A DNA stretch of 64,000 nt, taken from Candidatus Latescibacterota bacterium. GTDB lineage: Bacteria; Latescibacterota; UBA2968; UBA8231. The stretch's first letter is position 1, and every line of letters begins with the position of its first letter. The DNA is taken from NCBI GenBank assembly GCA_965197905.1, contig CBDAOB010000005.1, positions 1,152,001-1,216,000 of the forward strand. The letters are read 5' to 3'. The translations under genes and the position numbers were made by a program. A model generated the notes under the pieces. It ran no database searches and was not told the DNA's origin. It saw only the letters and a list, made by a program, of their open reading frames with translations. Below, piece after piece: positions 29,822 to 38,296 of the stretch.

Positions 29822-31288
29822 ATGCCGGCGGTCGAACCGACCAACAACAGACCCTCGAGGGGTCGCATCGGTACCAAGCTCGTTCTGAGCTTTGTATTGC
29901 TGGTTATGGTAGTGGTGGGCAGCTCCGGTTGGGTTCTTTTCCAATTGATCGAACGCAGCCTGGAACAACAGATGAGCCAGCAACTGGTGGCCGCGGCGCG
30001 GTTGGTCACGACCAGCGTTGACGGCGACGTGTTGCGACGTCTGCAGCCAGGCAACGAGAATTTTCGTGTTTACCGTTTGCTCAACGCCCAGTTGGAGCGC
30101 GGAAAGGAAATGGTTGGTGCCAGGCGCATCTACGCCTTCGATCGCTCGGGGCGCAGTTTGCTCGATACCGAAGGGGAGGTGCCCATCGGTCGCGAGTATC
30201 CGCACCTCCGGATCCGCGATCGGCTTGAGCTGGAGCAAGTATGGAACGGCCAACCTGCCCACTCGGTGTTGTTCGACGGTGAAGATGGAGTCACCTATAT
30301 GACAGGTTATGCCCCGGTGTGGTCCGGAGACAGGATCGTCGCGGCCGTGGGCGTCGATATCGGCGCAGCCTACGTCGACACAATTCGGGTCTTCAAGCGC
30401 TCGGTCTACGTCTTTGCCGGCGTGGGCGCGCTGCTAACCGTGGTGGTGGGATTGATCCTGGCACGCACCATAACGCGGCCGATTCAGAAGCTGGTAGCTG
30501 CGGCGCGGGAGATCGGTCAGGGTCGGCTGCAGCAGGTGGTGGATTCGTTCGCCCACGACGAAATAGGGTACCTGGGCGAAACGATGGAAGAGATGCGCAA
30601 GAAATTGCTGGCGCGCGATGCGCAGCTGCGGCAGATGCTGGCGGGGGTTGCGCACGAGATCCGCAATCCACTCGGAAGCATTGAGCTCTACACCGGGCTC
30701 ATCGCGGACGACTTACCCAACGATGACCCGCGCAAGATCCACATACAAAAGGTCATCGGAGAAGTTCGCAATCTCGATCATGTAATATCGGAGTTTCTGG
30801 AATTCGCCCGTCCCGCGCCTCCGGCGTTGGAGCGCACCCTTGTCGGGCGCCTCGTAGACGACGCGGCCTTTCTATTGGCGCCGGAGATGGAGCAGGCTGG
30901 CGTCCAGTACCATCAGGATGTGGACGTGAACCTGGACGCTCTCGTCGACCCGGAGCAGATCAAACGGGCCTTCTTCAACCTGATGCAGAATGCGGTGGAG
31001 GCGATGAAAGAGGGCGGCGATCTCCGCGTCCATGCGCATGATGAGAACGGCCATGCCATGGTGGAGGTCTTAGACAGTGGTCCCGGCATCAGCCGCGCCG
31101 TTCAGGAGCGACTGTTCGAGCCGTTTTTCACCACCAAAGAGAAGGGTTCGGGCCTCGGATTGGCGATTGTCCGCAAGACGTTGGAGGAAAATCAGGGCCG
31201 TATTGAGGTAGACAGCGAGGAAGGTCGTGGTACGAAATGCCGCGTCTATCTGCCTCGCGCCTCGGCCCGAACGGGGCTGGGCAGATAG
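29822..31288 (+). CDS. Membrane sensor histidine kinase (periplasmic sensor, HAMP, HisKA, HATPase)
   Basis: Two TMs, HAMP (ITRPI..DEIGYL), AHEIRNPL, N-box, DSGPG, FEPFFTTK, GSGLGL. Confidence 0.93.
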   Translation: MPAVEPTNNRPSRGRIGTKLVLSFVLLVMVVVGSSGWVLFQLIERSLEQQMSQQLVAAARLVTTSVDGDVLRRLQPGNENFRVYRLLNAQLERGKEMVGARRIYAFDRSGRSLLDTEGEVPIGREYPHLRIRDRLELEQVWNGQPAHSVLFDGEDGVTYMTGYAPVWSGDRIVAAVGVDIGAAYVDTIRVFKRSVYVFAGVGALLTVVVGLILARTITRPIQKLVAAAREIGQGRLQQVVDSFAHDEIGYLGETMEEMRKKLLARDAQLRQMLAGVAHEIRNPLGSIELYTGLIADDLPNDDPRKIHIQKVIGEVRNLDHVISEFLEFARPAPPALERTLVGRLVDDAAFLLAPEMEQAGVQYHQDVDVNLDALVDPEQIKRAFFNLMQNAVEAMKEGGDLRVHAHDENGHAMVEVLDSGPGISRAVQERLFEPFFTTKEKGSGLGLAIVRKTLEENQGRIEVDSEEGRGTKCRVYLPRASARTGLGR

Positions 31289-32668
31289 ATGAGTCGCATT
31301 CTGGTGATCGACGACAACGAATCCATGCGCAGCGCCGTATCGGAGGTGGCTAAACGGATGGGTCATGAGGCGATTGGCGCCGCCACTGGAGCTGAGGGAC
31401 TCAGCCGTTTGCAGGAGCAGGTGTTCGATCTGGCTATCATCGATTATCGGATGGACGATATGGACGGGCTTCAGGTTCTGGAAGCTTTGAAAGCTCAGGC
31501 GCCAGACACCGAAGCGATGATTCTGACCGGGTTCGGAACCATCGAGATCGCGGTCGAGGCGATGAAGAAGGGGGCTGCCGACTTTATCGAGAAAACCAAT
31601 CTGCGGGAAGCGCTGCCGATCAAGATCGAGAAGGTGTTGGATTATAGGGACGCACGCCGAGATCGCGAACGTCTGGGAGAAGAGAACAAGTACCTGCGAG
31701 AAGAGATCAGCGGTCGCTACAATTTCGGAGAGATCGTCGGGGCGTCCACTCAAATGGCGCAGATCCTGGCGACGGTGAAGAAGGTCGCCAGTACCGATTC
31801 CTCGGTTCTGATAAGCGGTGAGAGCGGAACAGGCAAAGAGCTCGTGGCGAGGGCGCTGCATTACCAGAGCCAGCGGCAGTCCCGACCTTTCGTCAAGGTG
31901 AACTGCGGGGCCCTGCCCCGGGAGTTGGTGGAGAGCGAGCTGTTCGGCCACGAGAAGGGCTCGTTCACCGGGGCGGTGCGGCAGAAGAAAGGTAAATTCG
32001 AGCTGGCGGAGCAGGGCACCATCTTCCTGGACGAAATAGGTGACGTGCCGCTGGAAACCCAGGTGAGACTACTGCGCGTCCTGCAGGAAAAGCAGTTCGA
32101 GCGGGTCGGCGGCGAACAAACGCTGAGTGCCGATGTGCGCGTCGTTGCGGCAACCAATCGCGAGTTGAGGAAGATGGTTGAGGAGGGTTCCTTCAGAGAG
32201 GATCTCTTTTATCGGCTGGAAGTCATTCCCTTTGTTCTGCCTCCCCTGCGCGAACGCAAGGAGGATATTCCGGCACTTGTGCGACATTTCATGAGCAAGA
32301 AATGTGGGGAAATGAACGTACCCCTCAAACGTCTAACAGAGGAAGCGATGAACGGCCTGATCCACTATATGTGGCCGGGGAACGTGAGGGAGCTGGAGAA
32401 CGTCATAGAACGCACGATCGTGCTCTCCGACGACGTCGAGATCGGGCTGCACGGCTTGCCACTGGCGTTCGACTCGTCTGATCATAGTGGGGACGCATTG
32501 CCCGACGCTGCAATCCCGCTCAACAAGACCCTGGATGACATGGAGCGGAAGTTGATCGAACGGGCGATGCAGGAAGCGAGCCAGGTCAAGACCCGCGCCG
32601 CCGAACTGCTTGGCATAAAGACGAGCGCTTTGTATTACAAATTGGAGAAGTACGGACTGGTACAATGA
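31289..32668 (+). CDS. NtrC-family sigma-54-dependent response regulator
   Basis: Receiver domain, GESGTGKE, ESELFGHEKGSFTGA (GAFTGA variant), WPGNVREL, Fis-type HTH. Confidence 0.95.
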   Translation: MSRILVIDDNESMRSAVSEVAKRMGHEAIGAATGAEGLSRLQEQVFDLAIIDYRMDDMDGLQVLEALKAQAPDTEAMILTGFGTIEIAVEAMKKGAADFIEKTNLREALPIKIEKVLDYRDARRDRERLGEENKYLREEISGRYNFGEIVGASTQMAQILATVKKVASTDSSVLISGESGTGKELVARALHYQSQRQSRPFVKVNCGALPRELVESELFGHEKGSFTGAVRQKKGKFELAEQGTIFLDEIGDVPLETQVRLLRVLQEKQFERVGGEQTLSADVRVVAATNRELRKMVEEGSFREDLFYRLEVIPFVLPPLRERKEDIPALVRHFMSKKCGEMNVPLKRLTEEAMNGLIHYMWPGNVRELENVIERTIVLSDDVEIGLHGLPLAFDSSDHSGDALPDAAIPLNKTLDDMERKLIERAMQEASQVKTRAAELLGIKTSALYYKLEKYGLVQ

Positions 32669-33639
32669 AGAAGAATCGAACGGCTGTTCTTGGGTTGCTA
32701 ATTGTCGCCTGGTCGCTCGGGCCGGCGGTGGCCGACCAGATGGAGATTGGCGCTCTGAAGATCGACGCGGAGAGGATGCGCGTTCTCCAGGGAGCGTTAG
32801 AGCTAGAACGCGCCGAACTCCGGCTACAGGCCGACAGTCTGTCAGCTCGCATTGACAGTCTGAAAGCGACCGGATCGAGTTCCGATCTGTTGGGCGACGC
32901 GCTGCGGTCGTCGCTGGTGCTCGAGCAGGGACTGATGGCCCTGGGCCAGCGGCTGGAAGGGTTACATTCAAGGCAGCGGCAGGTCAGACAGCAACTGCGC
33001 ACCGCGTACGATTGGGAGATCGGAGCGTTGATTCGGCAACTCTCCCAAACCCCCGATCGCGGCCTGCTGCAGCAGCTGATCATCTACCAGGAAGCCCGCG
33101 AGGCACTTGGCGACGACGTGGAAGCTTCCCTCCGCTATGGCGAGCAGCTCGATGTCACGTCCGACGATGGGCCCGACGAAATCAGGCAGAAGGCAGGGCT
33201 CATGGAAGACATGGCCGAGCGGCTCAACAGCGAGGCAGTGGCCGTTGCTAGACGTCTGCGCCGGCTGCAGGAGGAGTTTCGCCTGCAAGCACGGGTACAA
33301 GCATTCACGAATCAGATGAATCTGTTCGACGAAGATCTGCCGGAGGGAAGGGTACTTTTGGCGGTCGACGGCGTCGCCCCCACTGAGGGCGCCGAAGTGT
33401 CGCTGGATGCCTCAGAGCGCAGCGGGTCGGTCGAAACTGCTGCGGTAGTAGCGCGGCGGGAGGTGGCGTTCGGCGATCGCGGAATTCCGTCGGTAGATAT
33501 TTCAGTGGACGATTTGCAGCTGGAAATTCGCAAACTCAAAACCCGGCAACAGGAGCTAAGGCAGCTAGAGGCGCTGGCGCGGGATCGGGCACGGACATTT
33601 CGCACCTACCTCGATCAGCTTTTGACGGGGGCAGAGTAA
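32665..33639 (+). CDS. Secreted coiled-coil hypothetical protein
   Basis: Signal peptide (MKKNRTAVLGLL..AVA), heptad-rich helical sequence, ATGA-coupled to the regulator. Confidence 0.7.
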   Translation: MKKNRTAVLGLLIVAWSLGPAVADQMEIGALKIDAERMRVLQGALELERAELRLQADSLSARIDSLKATGSSSDLLGDALRSSLVLEQGLMALGQRLEGLHSRQRQVRQQLRTAYDWEIGALIRQLSQTPDRGLLQQLIIYQEAREALGDDVEASLRYGEQLDVTSDDGPDEIRQKAGLMEDMAERLNSEAVAVARRLRRLQEEFRLQARVQAFTNQMNLFDEDLPEGRVLLAVDGVAPTEGAEVSLDASERSGSVETAAVVARREVAFGDRGIPSVDISVDDLQLEIRKLKTRQQELRQLEALARDRARTFRTYLDQLLTGAE

Positions 33640-34703
33640 TGCCAAGGTTGCCGCTTCTTCCGGTAGCTCTGGGGCTTCTGTGCTGGAGCCAACCCGCGTC
33701 CAGCTTCGGCTTGCGCGCAACGGTCGGATTGGAGTATGACGACAATCCGTTCGAGGCCGTCGGTCCCCGACGTGCCGGTTGGTTGAATCGGCTCTACGTT
33801 TCGGCGTCGGAAACTCTGCTGGAGCGACCGAATACAGTGCTGCAGATCAGGCATCAATGGGGCATGAAGCGGTACTGGCGAGCCGAGGATGCGACTGGGG
33901 ACAACGGGGATGTAATGGCCAATCAACTTTATCTCGATGGGTCGCATCAAGTCCATCCGCGGGCGGACCTCTTTTTCGGCACACAACTCAAATCCAAGAG
34001 CGTGCAGCGGGTTTCCAGCGAGGAAGCGTATCTGCGGGCGGGGATACGCGTCGGTCTCAACGCAACGATCGCGCCCGGAATATCGACCAGCGCACGCTAC
34101 CGGCGCGGGGGCGACGATGCCCGGGACGCCGCACTCTCTGATGTTTCGTTGCACGAGGTGGGGTGGGAGACACGCTACGGTCCCACGCGAAAGCTTAGAG
34201 CCAACGTCGGGATAAACCGTCGGTGGCTCGATTACAACCGTCGGGCTATAGCCAGAGATGAATCTGGCGTGTTGCTGGCAACCCCCGTGGACCAGGAGGA
34301 TCGCACGACCGAGCTAAGGGTGGGGCTGCAGCTCTATCGAGGAGCGCTGATGCGGGCACGATACGCTTTCATCGACAACCACTCCAACAGCGCGGGATAC
34401 GGTTATGCATCCCATCGACTCAATTTCTTGGTCGCTCGCAGCTTGGGTCGCGGTTTCGACGGTCAGATATTCTTCACCACCCAGCTTCGCCGCTACGACG
34501 AAGCACGCGCCGAACCGATTCCCAATTTTTCGACGGCAGAGGAGGAATACGAACAATCGGTCATTTCCGTCAGATTGTTTGGGCGGCTGACCGATCGCTA
34601 CGGACTCTCTCTGCAGTACAAACGCTCGCGCAATGGGAGTCTGGCGGACGACGACTCCTATCGGAAAAATGTCTACGCCGTCGGGTTAGACATCAACATC
34701 TGA
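33639..34703 (+). CDS. Putative outer-membrane beta-barrel protein
   Basis: Signal peptide, GLEYDDNP start, alternating amphipathic strands, C-terminus [13 protein letters not shown]. Confidence 0.65.
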   Translation: MPRLPLLPVALGLLCWSQPASSFGLRATVGLEYDDNPFEAVGPRRAGWLNRLYVSASETLLERPNTVLQIRHQWGMKRYWRAEDATGDNGDVMANQLYLDGSHQVHPRADLFFGTQLKSKSVQRVSSEEAYLRAGIRVGLNATIAPGISTSARYRRGGDDARDAALSDVSLHEVGWETRYGPTRKLRANVGINRRWLDYNRRAIARDESGVLLATPVDQEDRTTELRVGLQLYRGALMRARYAFIDNHSNSAGYGYASHRLNFLVARSLGRGFDGQIFFTTQLRRYDEARAEPIPNFSTAEEEYEQSVISVRLFGRLTDRYGLSLQYKRSRNGSLADDDSYRKNVYAVGLDINI

Positions 34704-35081
34704 TCCGCGAACCTTCTTGGGGTCGGCGAGCCGGTCGGGGATGCCGCGGTGGATTTCCATTGCCGTGCCATGGGCCGCGCCGAACGCCTCCTTCAGGAAT
34801 TCGTAGGCGGGCCACGGGTCGATTTCGCTACCGCACGTGAAGAGATCGACGGCCGCGAAGCCGTGCTCCGGCCAGGTATGGACCGCGAGGTGGCTCTCCT
34901 GGATGGCCACGATTCCCGACACACCGCACGGTTTGAAGGGGTGAAACGATGCCTCCACCACGGTCGCGCCCGCCCCTACCGCCGCCTGTTTCATGCTTTC
35001 CTCGATGAACTTCAAGTCGTCCAGCAGAGCGGCATCGCACTCGTATAGATCTACGAGAATGTGGCGTCCGAGGCTATTCAT
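34686..35081 (-). CDS. speD: S-adenosylmethionine decarboxylase proenzyme (class 1B) or homologue
   Basis: [30 protein letters not shown] (pyruvoyl cleavage site E/S), DLFTCG; ATG 35081. Confidence 0.88.
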   Translation of the reverse strand: MNSLGRHILVDLYECDAALLDDLKFIEESMKQAAVGAGATVVEASFHPFKPCGVSGIVAIQESHLAVHTWPEHGFAAVDLFTCGSEIDPWPAYEFLKEAFGAAHGTAMEIHRGIPDRLADPKKVRGSDVDV

Positions 35082-36249
35082 CGCCGGCCCTCGTAAGTCG
35101 TAAGAGCGCGATCTCGGCGGGTGCTCCCACGCGCAATGGAGGCCCCCAATATCCAGCACCGCGGTTTACGTAGATCCAGCACGAGCCGCGTCGGTAGATC
35201 CCTGCCAAATACGGTTGTTGCAGTTTCACGAACAGCTGCCACGGGATGAACTGTCCTCCGTGGGTGTGGCCGGACAGTTGTAAATCGATGCCGAGGCCCT
35301 CCGCACCGATCGCAGTCTTTGGCTGGTGAGCAAGCAGGATTCGAAGATCGGCCGCGGGGGCTCCAGAAACCGCCCCTGCCGGATCCGAGACATGCCCTGC
35401 CGCAATCTCCCCCGCACCGTCGTCGGTGACCCCGACCAGCAAAATCCGGCCATCTCCACGTTCGATAAGTACGTGCTCATTGATCAGCGTGCGAAATCCA
35501 AGACTCTCGATCACCGTCAGCCAGTCATCGACCCCGCTGTAGTACTCGTGATTCCCGGTCACGAAGAACGATCCATGTGCCGCCCGCAGACCGGCCAGCG
35601 GCTGAACATGAGAAGCCAACCGGGCGACCGAACCGTCTGCCAGGTCACCGGTGAAGGCGATGAGGTCGGGTTCGGTCGCCCTCACGGATTCAACGATTTT
35701 CCGTACGAAGCTCGCCTTTATCGTGGGGCCCACATGGAGGTCTGAGATTTGGGCGATCCGGAATCCCACCAGCGCTTCGGGCAGATGGGGCAGCGGTACG
35801 TCTATCTGCGCAACCCGCGGTCTTCTTCGCGCCTGATAAAACCCGTGCGCAAACATCAAGATGGCAACGACCATGACGGCAGGATTGGAGCTGCTTGCTC
35901 GAAACACGTCAGTCTCCGCCGTTACATCGGGGCTCGCGCTGGCAAGCTTCACGATCAGAATCGCAGCATCCCACGCTAACCACGCGAGGTCTCGACTGAG
36001 CAGCAGCAGAAAAGTGAGAACGAAAAACCCCATCGACACGTACGTTAACCAGCAGAACTGGTCATGCCATCGTTTGCCTTGAAGGGTCCGGCGGAACAGG
36101 AGGGTGATTGGTGGCAGCAGGCCGAAACAGAGAACCGCTAAACTCGCGGATAGACGGAGGGTGGACGTGAGTTCCAGGGGGGAGATCAGGCGCCACCCCG
36201 CATAACCATAGACGATGCCAATGAGAGTGAGGAACAGGACGAGAAACAT
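35074..36249 (-). CDS. Membrane-anchored metallophosphoesterase (YkuE/YaeI-like)
   Basis: N-terminal TMs, [26 protein letters not shown]. Confidence 0.9.
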   Translation of the reverse strand: MFLVLFLTLIGIVYGYAGWRLISPLELTSTLRLSASLAVLCFGLLPPITLLFRRTLQGKRWHDQFCWLTYVSMGFFVLTFLLLLSRDLAWLAWDAAILIVKLASASPDVTAETDVFRASSSNPAVMVVAILMFAHGFYQARRRPRVAQIDVPLPHLPEALVGFRIAQISDLHVGPTIKASFVRKIVESVRATEPDLIAFTGDLADGSVARLASHVQPLAGLRAAHGSFFVTGNHEYYSGVDDWLTVIESLGFRTLINEHVLIERGDGRILLVGVTDDGAGEIAAGHVSDPAGAVSGAPAADLRILLAHQPKTAIGAEGLGIDLQLSGHTHGGQFIPWQLFVKLQQPYLAGIYRRGSCWIYVNRGAGYWGPPLRVGAPAEIALLRLTRAGDE

Positions 36250-36303
36250 GATTCGGGTCAGCCGGGAAACCTATCATAGGGGAAGCGTCACCAGCCGGCA
36301 AGG

Positions 36304-36337
36304 CTCAGAAATCTGATGGCCACTCCCGATAACTGAG
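36304..36337. promoter_or_regulatory. Candidate tandem upstream activator boxes, same motif as at 29540
   Basis: CTCAGAAATCTGAT (36304-36317) and TCCCGATAACTGAG (36324-36337), 20 bp apart, upstream of a sigma-54 promoter. Confidence 0.5.
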
Positions 36338-36401
36338 AGTAAATGGCGTCTGCAGCCGCACGGGCACGGCTCGTAGACAGAAACCTCGGCACTTTCGCGG
36401 T

Positions 36402-36417
36402 TGGCACAGCCATTGCA
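36402..36417 (+). promoter_or_regulatory. Sigma-54 (-24/-12) promoter
   Basis: TGGCAC-AGCCA-TTGCA, a perfect consensus ending 44 nt before ATG 36461. Confidence 0.8.
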
Positions 36418-36460
36418 ATAAGACTGAGAAAGACAACGCTTTAACGTGGGAGGAAGAAAA

Positions 36461-37165
36461 ATGAAAACCTACATCGCGATAGTTCCGTTGGCAGCTCTCT
36501 TGGGTTGGGGCTGCGAGAACAGGGATACAATCGTTTCCTCATCCGACACGCGAGAGCAGATTCGCGTGGTCGGCACCGCCACCGTGGAGGCATCACCGGA
36601 TATGGCCGAGGTGCAGCTTGGCGTCCAGACCTTCGCTGTGTCCGTGGATCAGGCGGTCGCCGAAAACAATCGACTCACCGATTCAGTACTGAGCGCCCTG
36701 AAAGGGGAAGGAATAGACGACAGCGATCTGCGCACCTCCGCGTTCAGCGTTTTTCCTCAGCGCGACTACAAACGCGAGGGGGAGGCGCAGATTACCGGTT
36801 ATTGGGCGAACAACACGGTGACGGTTACCGTCATGGAGATCGATCGCACTGGCTTTCTGTTGCAGGCCGCGTTGGACGCCGGGGCGAACCGCTCCTTCGG
36901 CCTGTTCTTCTATCTTTTAGACCCGGCACCGGTAGAACAGCAGGCGCGTATGCTTGCCGTCGAAGATGCACGCCGCCGCGCCTGCGATCTTGCTTCGGCA
37001 GCGGGGGTCACCCTCGGTAGGCTGCTAACTATTAACGAGTCGAGATTCGCGGGCGGCCCCGTCTACGCACGGGCGGAAGCTGATCAGGGGCAGGTGGTGC
37101 CGATAGAACCGGGCGACTTGGAGATCCAGGCCCGTGTGGAAGCGGCGTATAAAATAATCGAGTAG
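36461..37165 (+). CDS. SIMPL/DUF541 (YggE/BP26-like) probable lipoprotein
   Basis: Lipobox-like LLGWGC, IRVVGTATVEASPDMA, LDAGAN, AVEDARRRA..LA.AAGV.LG, PIEPG; GGGAGG RBS. Confidence 0.88.
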   Translation: MKTYIAIVPLAALLGWGCENRDTIVSSSDTREQIRVVGTATVEASPDMAEVQLGVQTFAVSVDQAVAENNRLTDSVLSALKGEGIDDSDLRTSAFSVFPQRDYKREGEAQITGYWANNTVTVTVMEIDRTGFLLQAALDAGANRSFGLFFYLLDPAPVEQQARMLAVEDARRRACDLASAAGVTLGRLLTINESRFAGGPVYARAEADQGQVVPIEPGDLEIQARVEAAYKIIE

Positions 37166-37195
37166 AGGGCCGTCGGCTTGGGATGCGCTAAGATC

Positions 37196-37384
37196 TCACA
37201 CGTATTCGACGATGTCGGTGGGCAGGCACTTCAAATCGCGGCACATATTTGACAAGGTATACGGGTCAAGATCGTCGGCACCGTGTTCCAAGGTCTTTTT
37301 TATATGTTGGTAGGTGGTCAGGTTAATTGAAGGTTTACGCTCTTCCAACAGCTGTTCGATTATCTCCCTCTTGAAACGGATCAT
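37196..37384 (-). CDS. Small Cro/C1 (HTH_26/YozG-like) protein with a degenerate HTH
   Basis: C-terminus TLSNMCRDLKCLPTDIVEYV is typical of HTH_26 proteins; AAGGA RBS and a consensus promoter upstream. Confidence 0.7.
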   Translation of the reverse strand: MIRFKREIIEQLLEERKPSINLTTYQHIKKTLEHGADDLDPYTLSNMCRDLKCLPTDIVEYV

Positions 37385-37422
37385 GCAGCAAGTCCTTTGA
37401 CTCGATGTGCGGCGCTTAGCCT

Positions 37423-37451
37423 ATTATATCAATATCCGATGTGGTCGTCAA
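37423..37451 (-). promoter_or_regulatory. Near-consensus sigma-70 promoter
   Basis: Minus strand TTGACG-N17-TATAAT, 39 nt upstream of ATG 37384. Confidence 0.75.
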
Positions 37452-37699
37452 AAGCGGCACCTGAGCCAGGGATCTGTTTTTTCATAGTTTAGCGCGATGG
37501 AGGTGATAGCTTTCGCACCCAAAAGGTCCAGGCGTCCAGCCGCATGGATCCTTGCCCTATTGTACCTGCCACTTCCTTTGATTTTACTGCAGGAACTGCT
37601 CGGTCAGGAGTTCCTTTGCTCCGGGCACAATCCTCCCAAGCAACTTCCGGGCGCCAACGCCAAGATAGCCGGCACGGTTCCGTCGCCAGCGACAGGCCG

Positions 37700-38275
37700 G
37701 GTTCATGCGATCGTGATGTCGACCTGGTGACCTTCGACAACTACGGGGCGGATGTTGTGCCCAACTCCGGTGCATCGCCTGGGGCTTCTCGTGGTGAAAC
37801 CGCATTCACCTTCGAGGCGAATCACGCCCCCAGTGATAGACTTCGGGCTTGGAAACGCTGGAGCAATCGACAGTTTGCGTATCCGGTGGCCAGATGGTGC
37901 GCTGACGGAGCGCGCTGGCCTAGGGGTCAATCAGAGGGTCCGACAACAACATCCCGCAGGCGCGACGCTGGTGGGGGAAGAGTTGGATGTTTTGCCGCTG
38001 GTGTTCGAGTTGGCACCGAAACTATCCGAATTCCTCAACAGTCAGACCTCGATTCGGTACCAGATCGGGGAGACGGACTTGGTTCGACTGGCTGTTTACA
38101 ATCTAGCCGGGCAAAGATCAAGCTTCTGGTAAACGAGGAACAGCCGCCCAACAACTATCAAGTAGGGTGGAATGGCACGGATGACTACGGTCGAGAAGCG
38201 GGGAGCGGCGTGTACTTCTACGAGCTGCAGACGAGCAAACGGTCAACCACTGGCCGCATGGTTCTGGTGAAATAG
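37700..38275 (+). pseudogene. Decayed remnant of an ASPIC/UnbV protein with a C-terminal FlgD-Ig-like domain
   Basis: Fragments in different frames: DVDLVTFDNYG, DFGLGNAGAIDSLRIRWPDG, FELAP/NYPN/NSQTSIRYQI..VRLAVYNLAGQ, KLLVNE..WNGTDDYG..GSGVYFYEL..RMVLVK. At least 3 frameshifts and no intact N-terminus. Confidence 0.75.
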
Positions 38276-38296
38276 AAGCCGTTGGAAACTCGCCCA

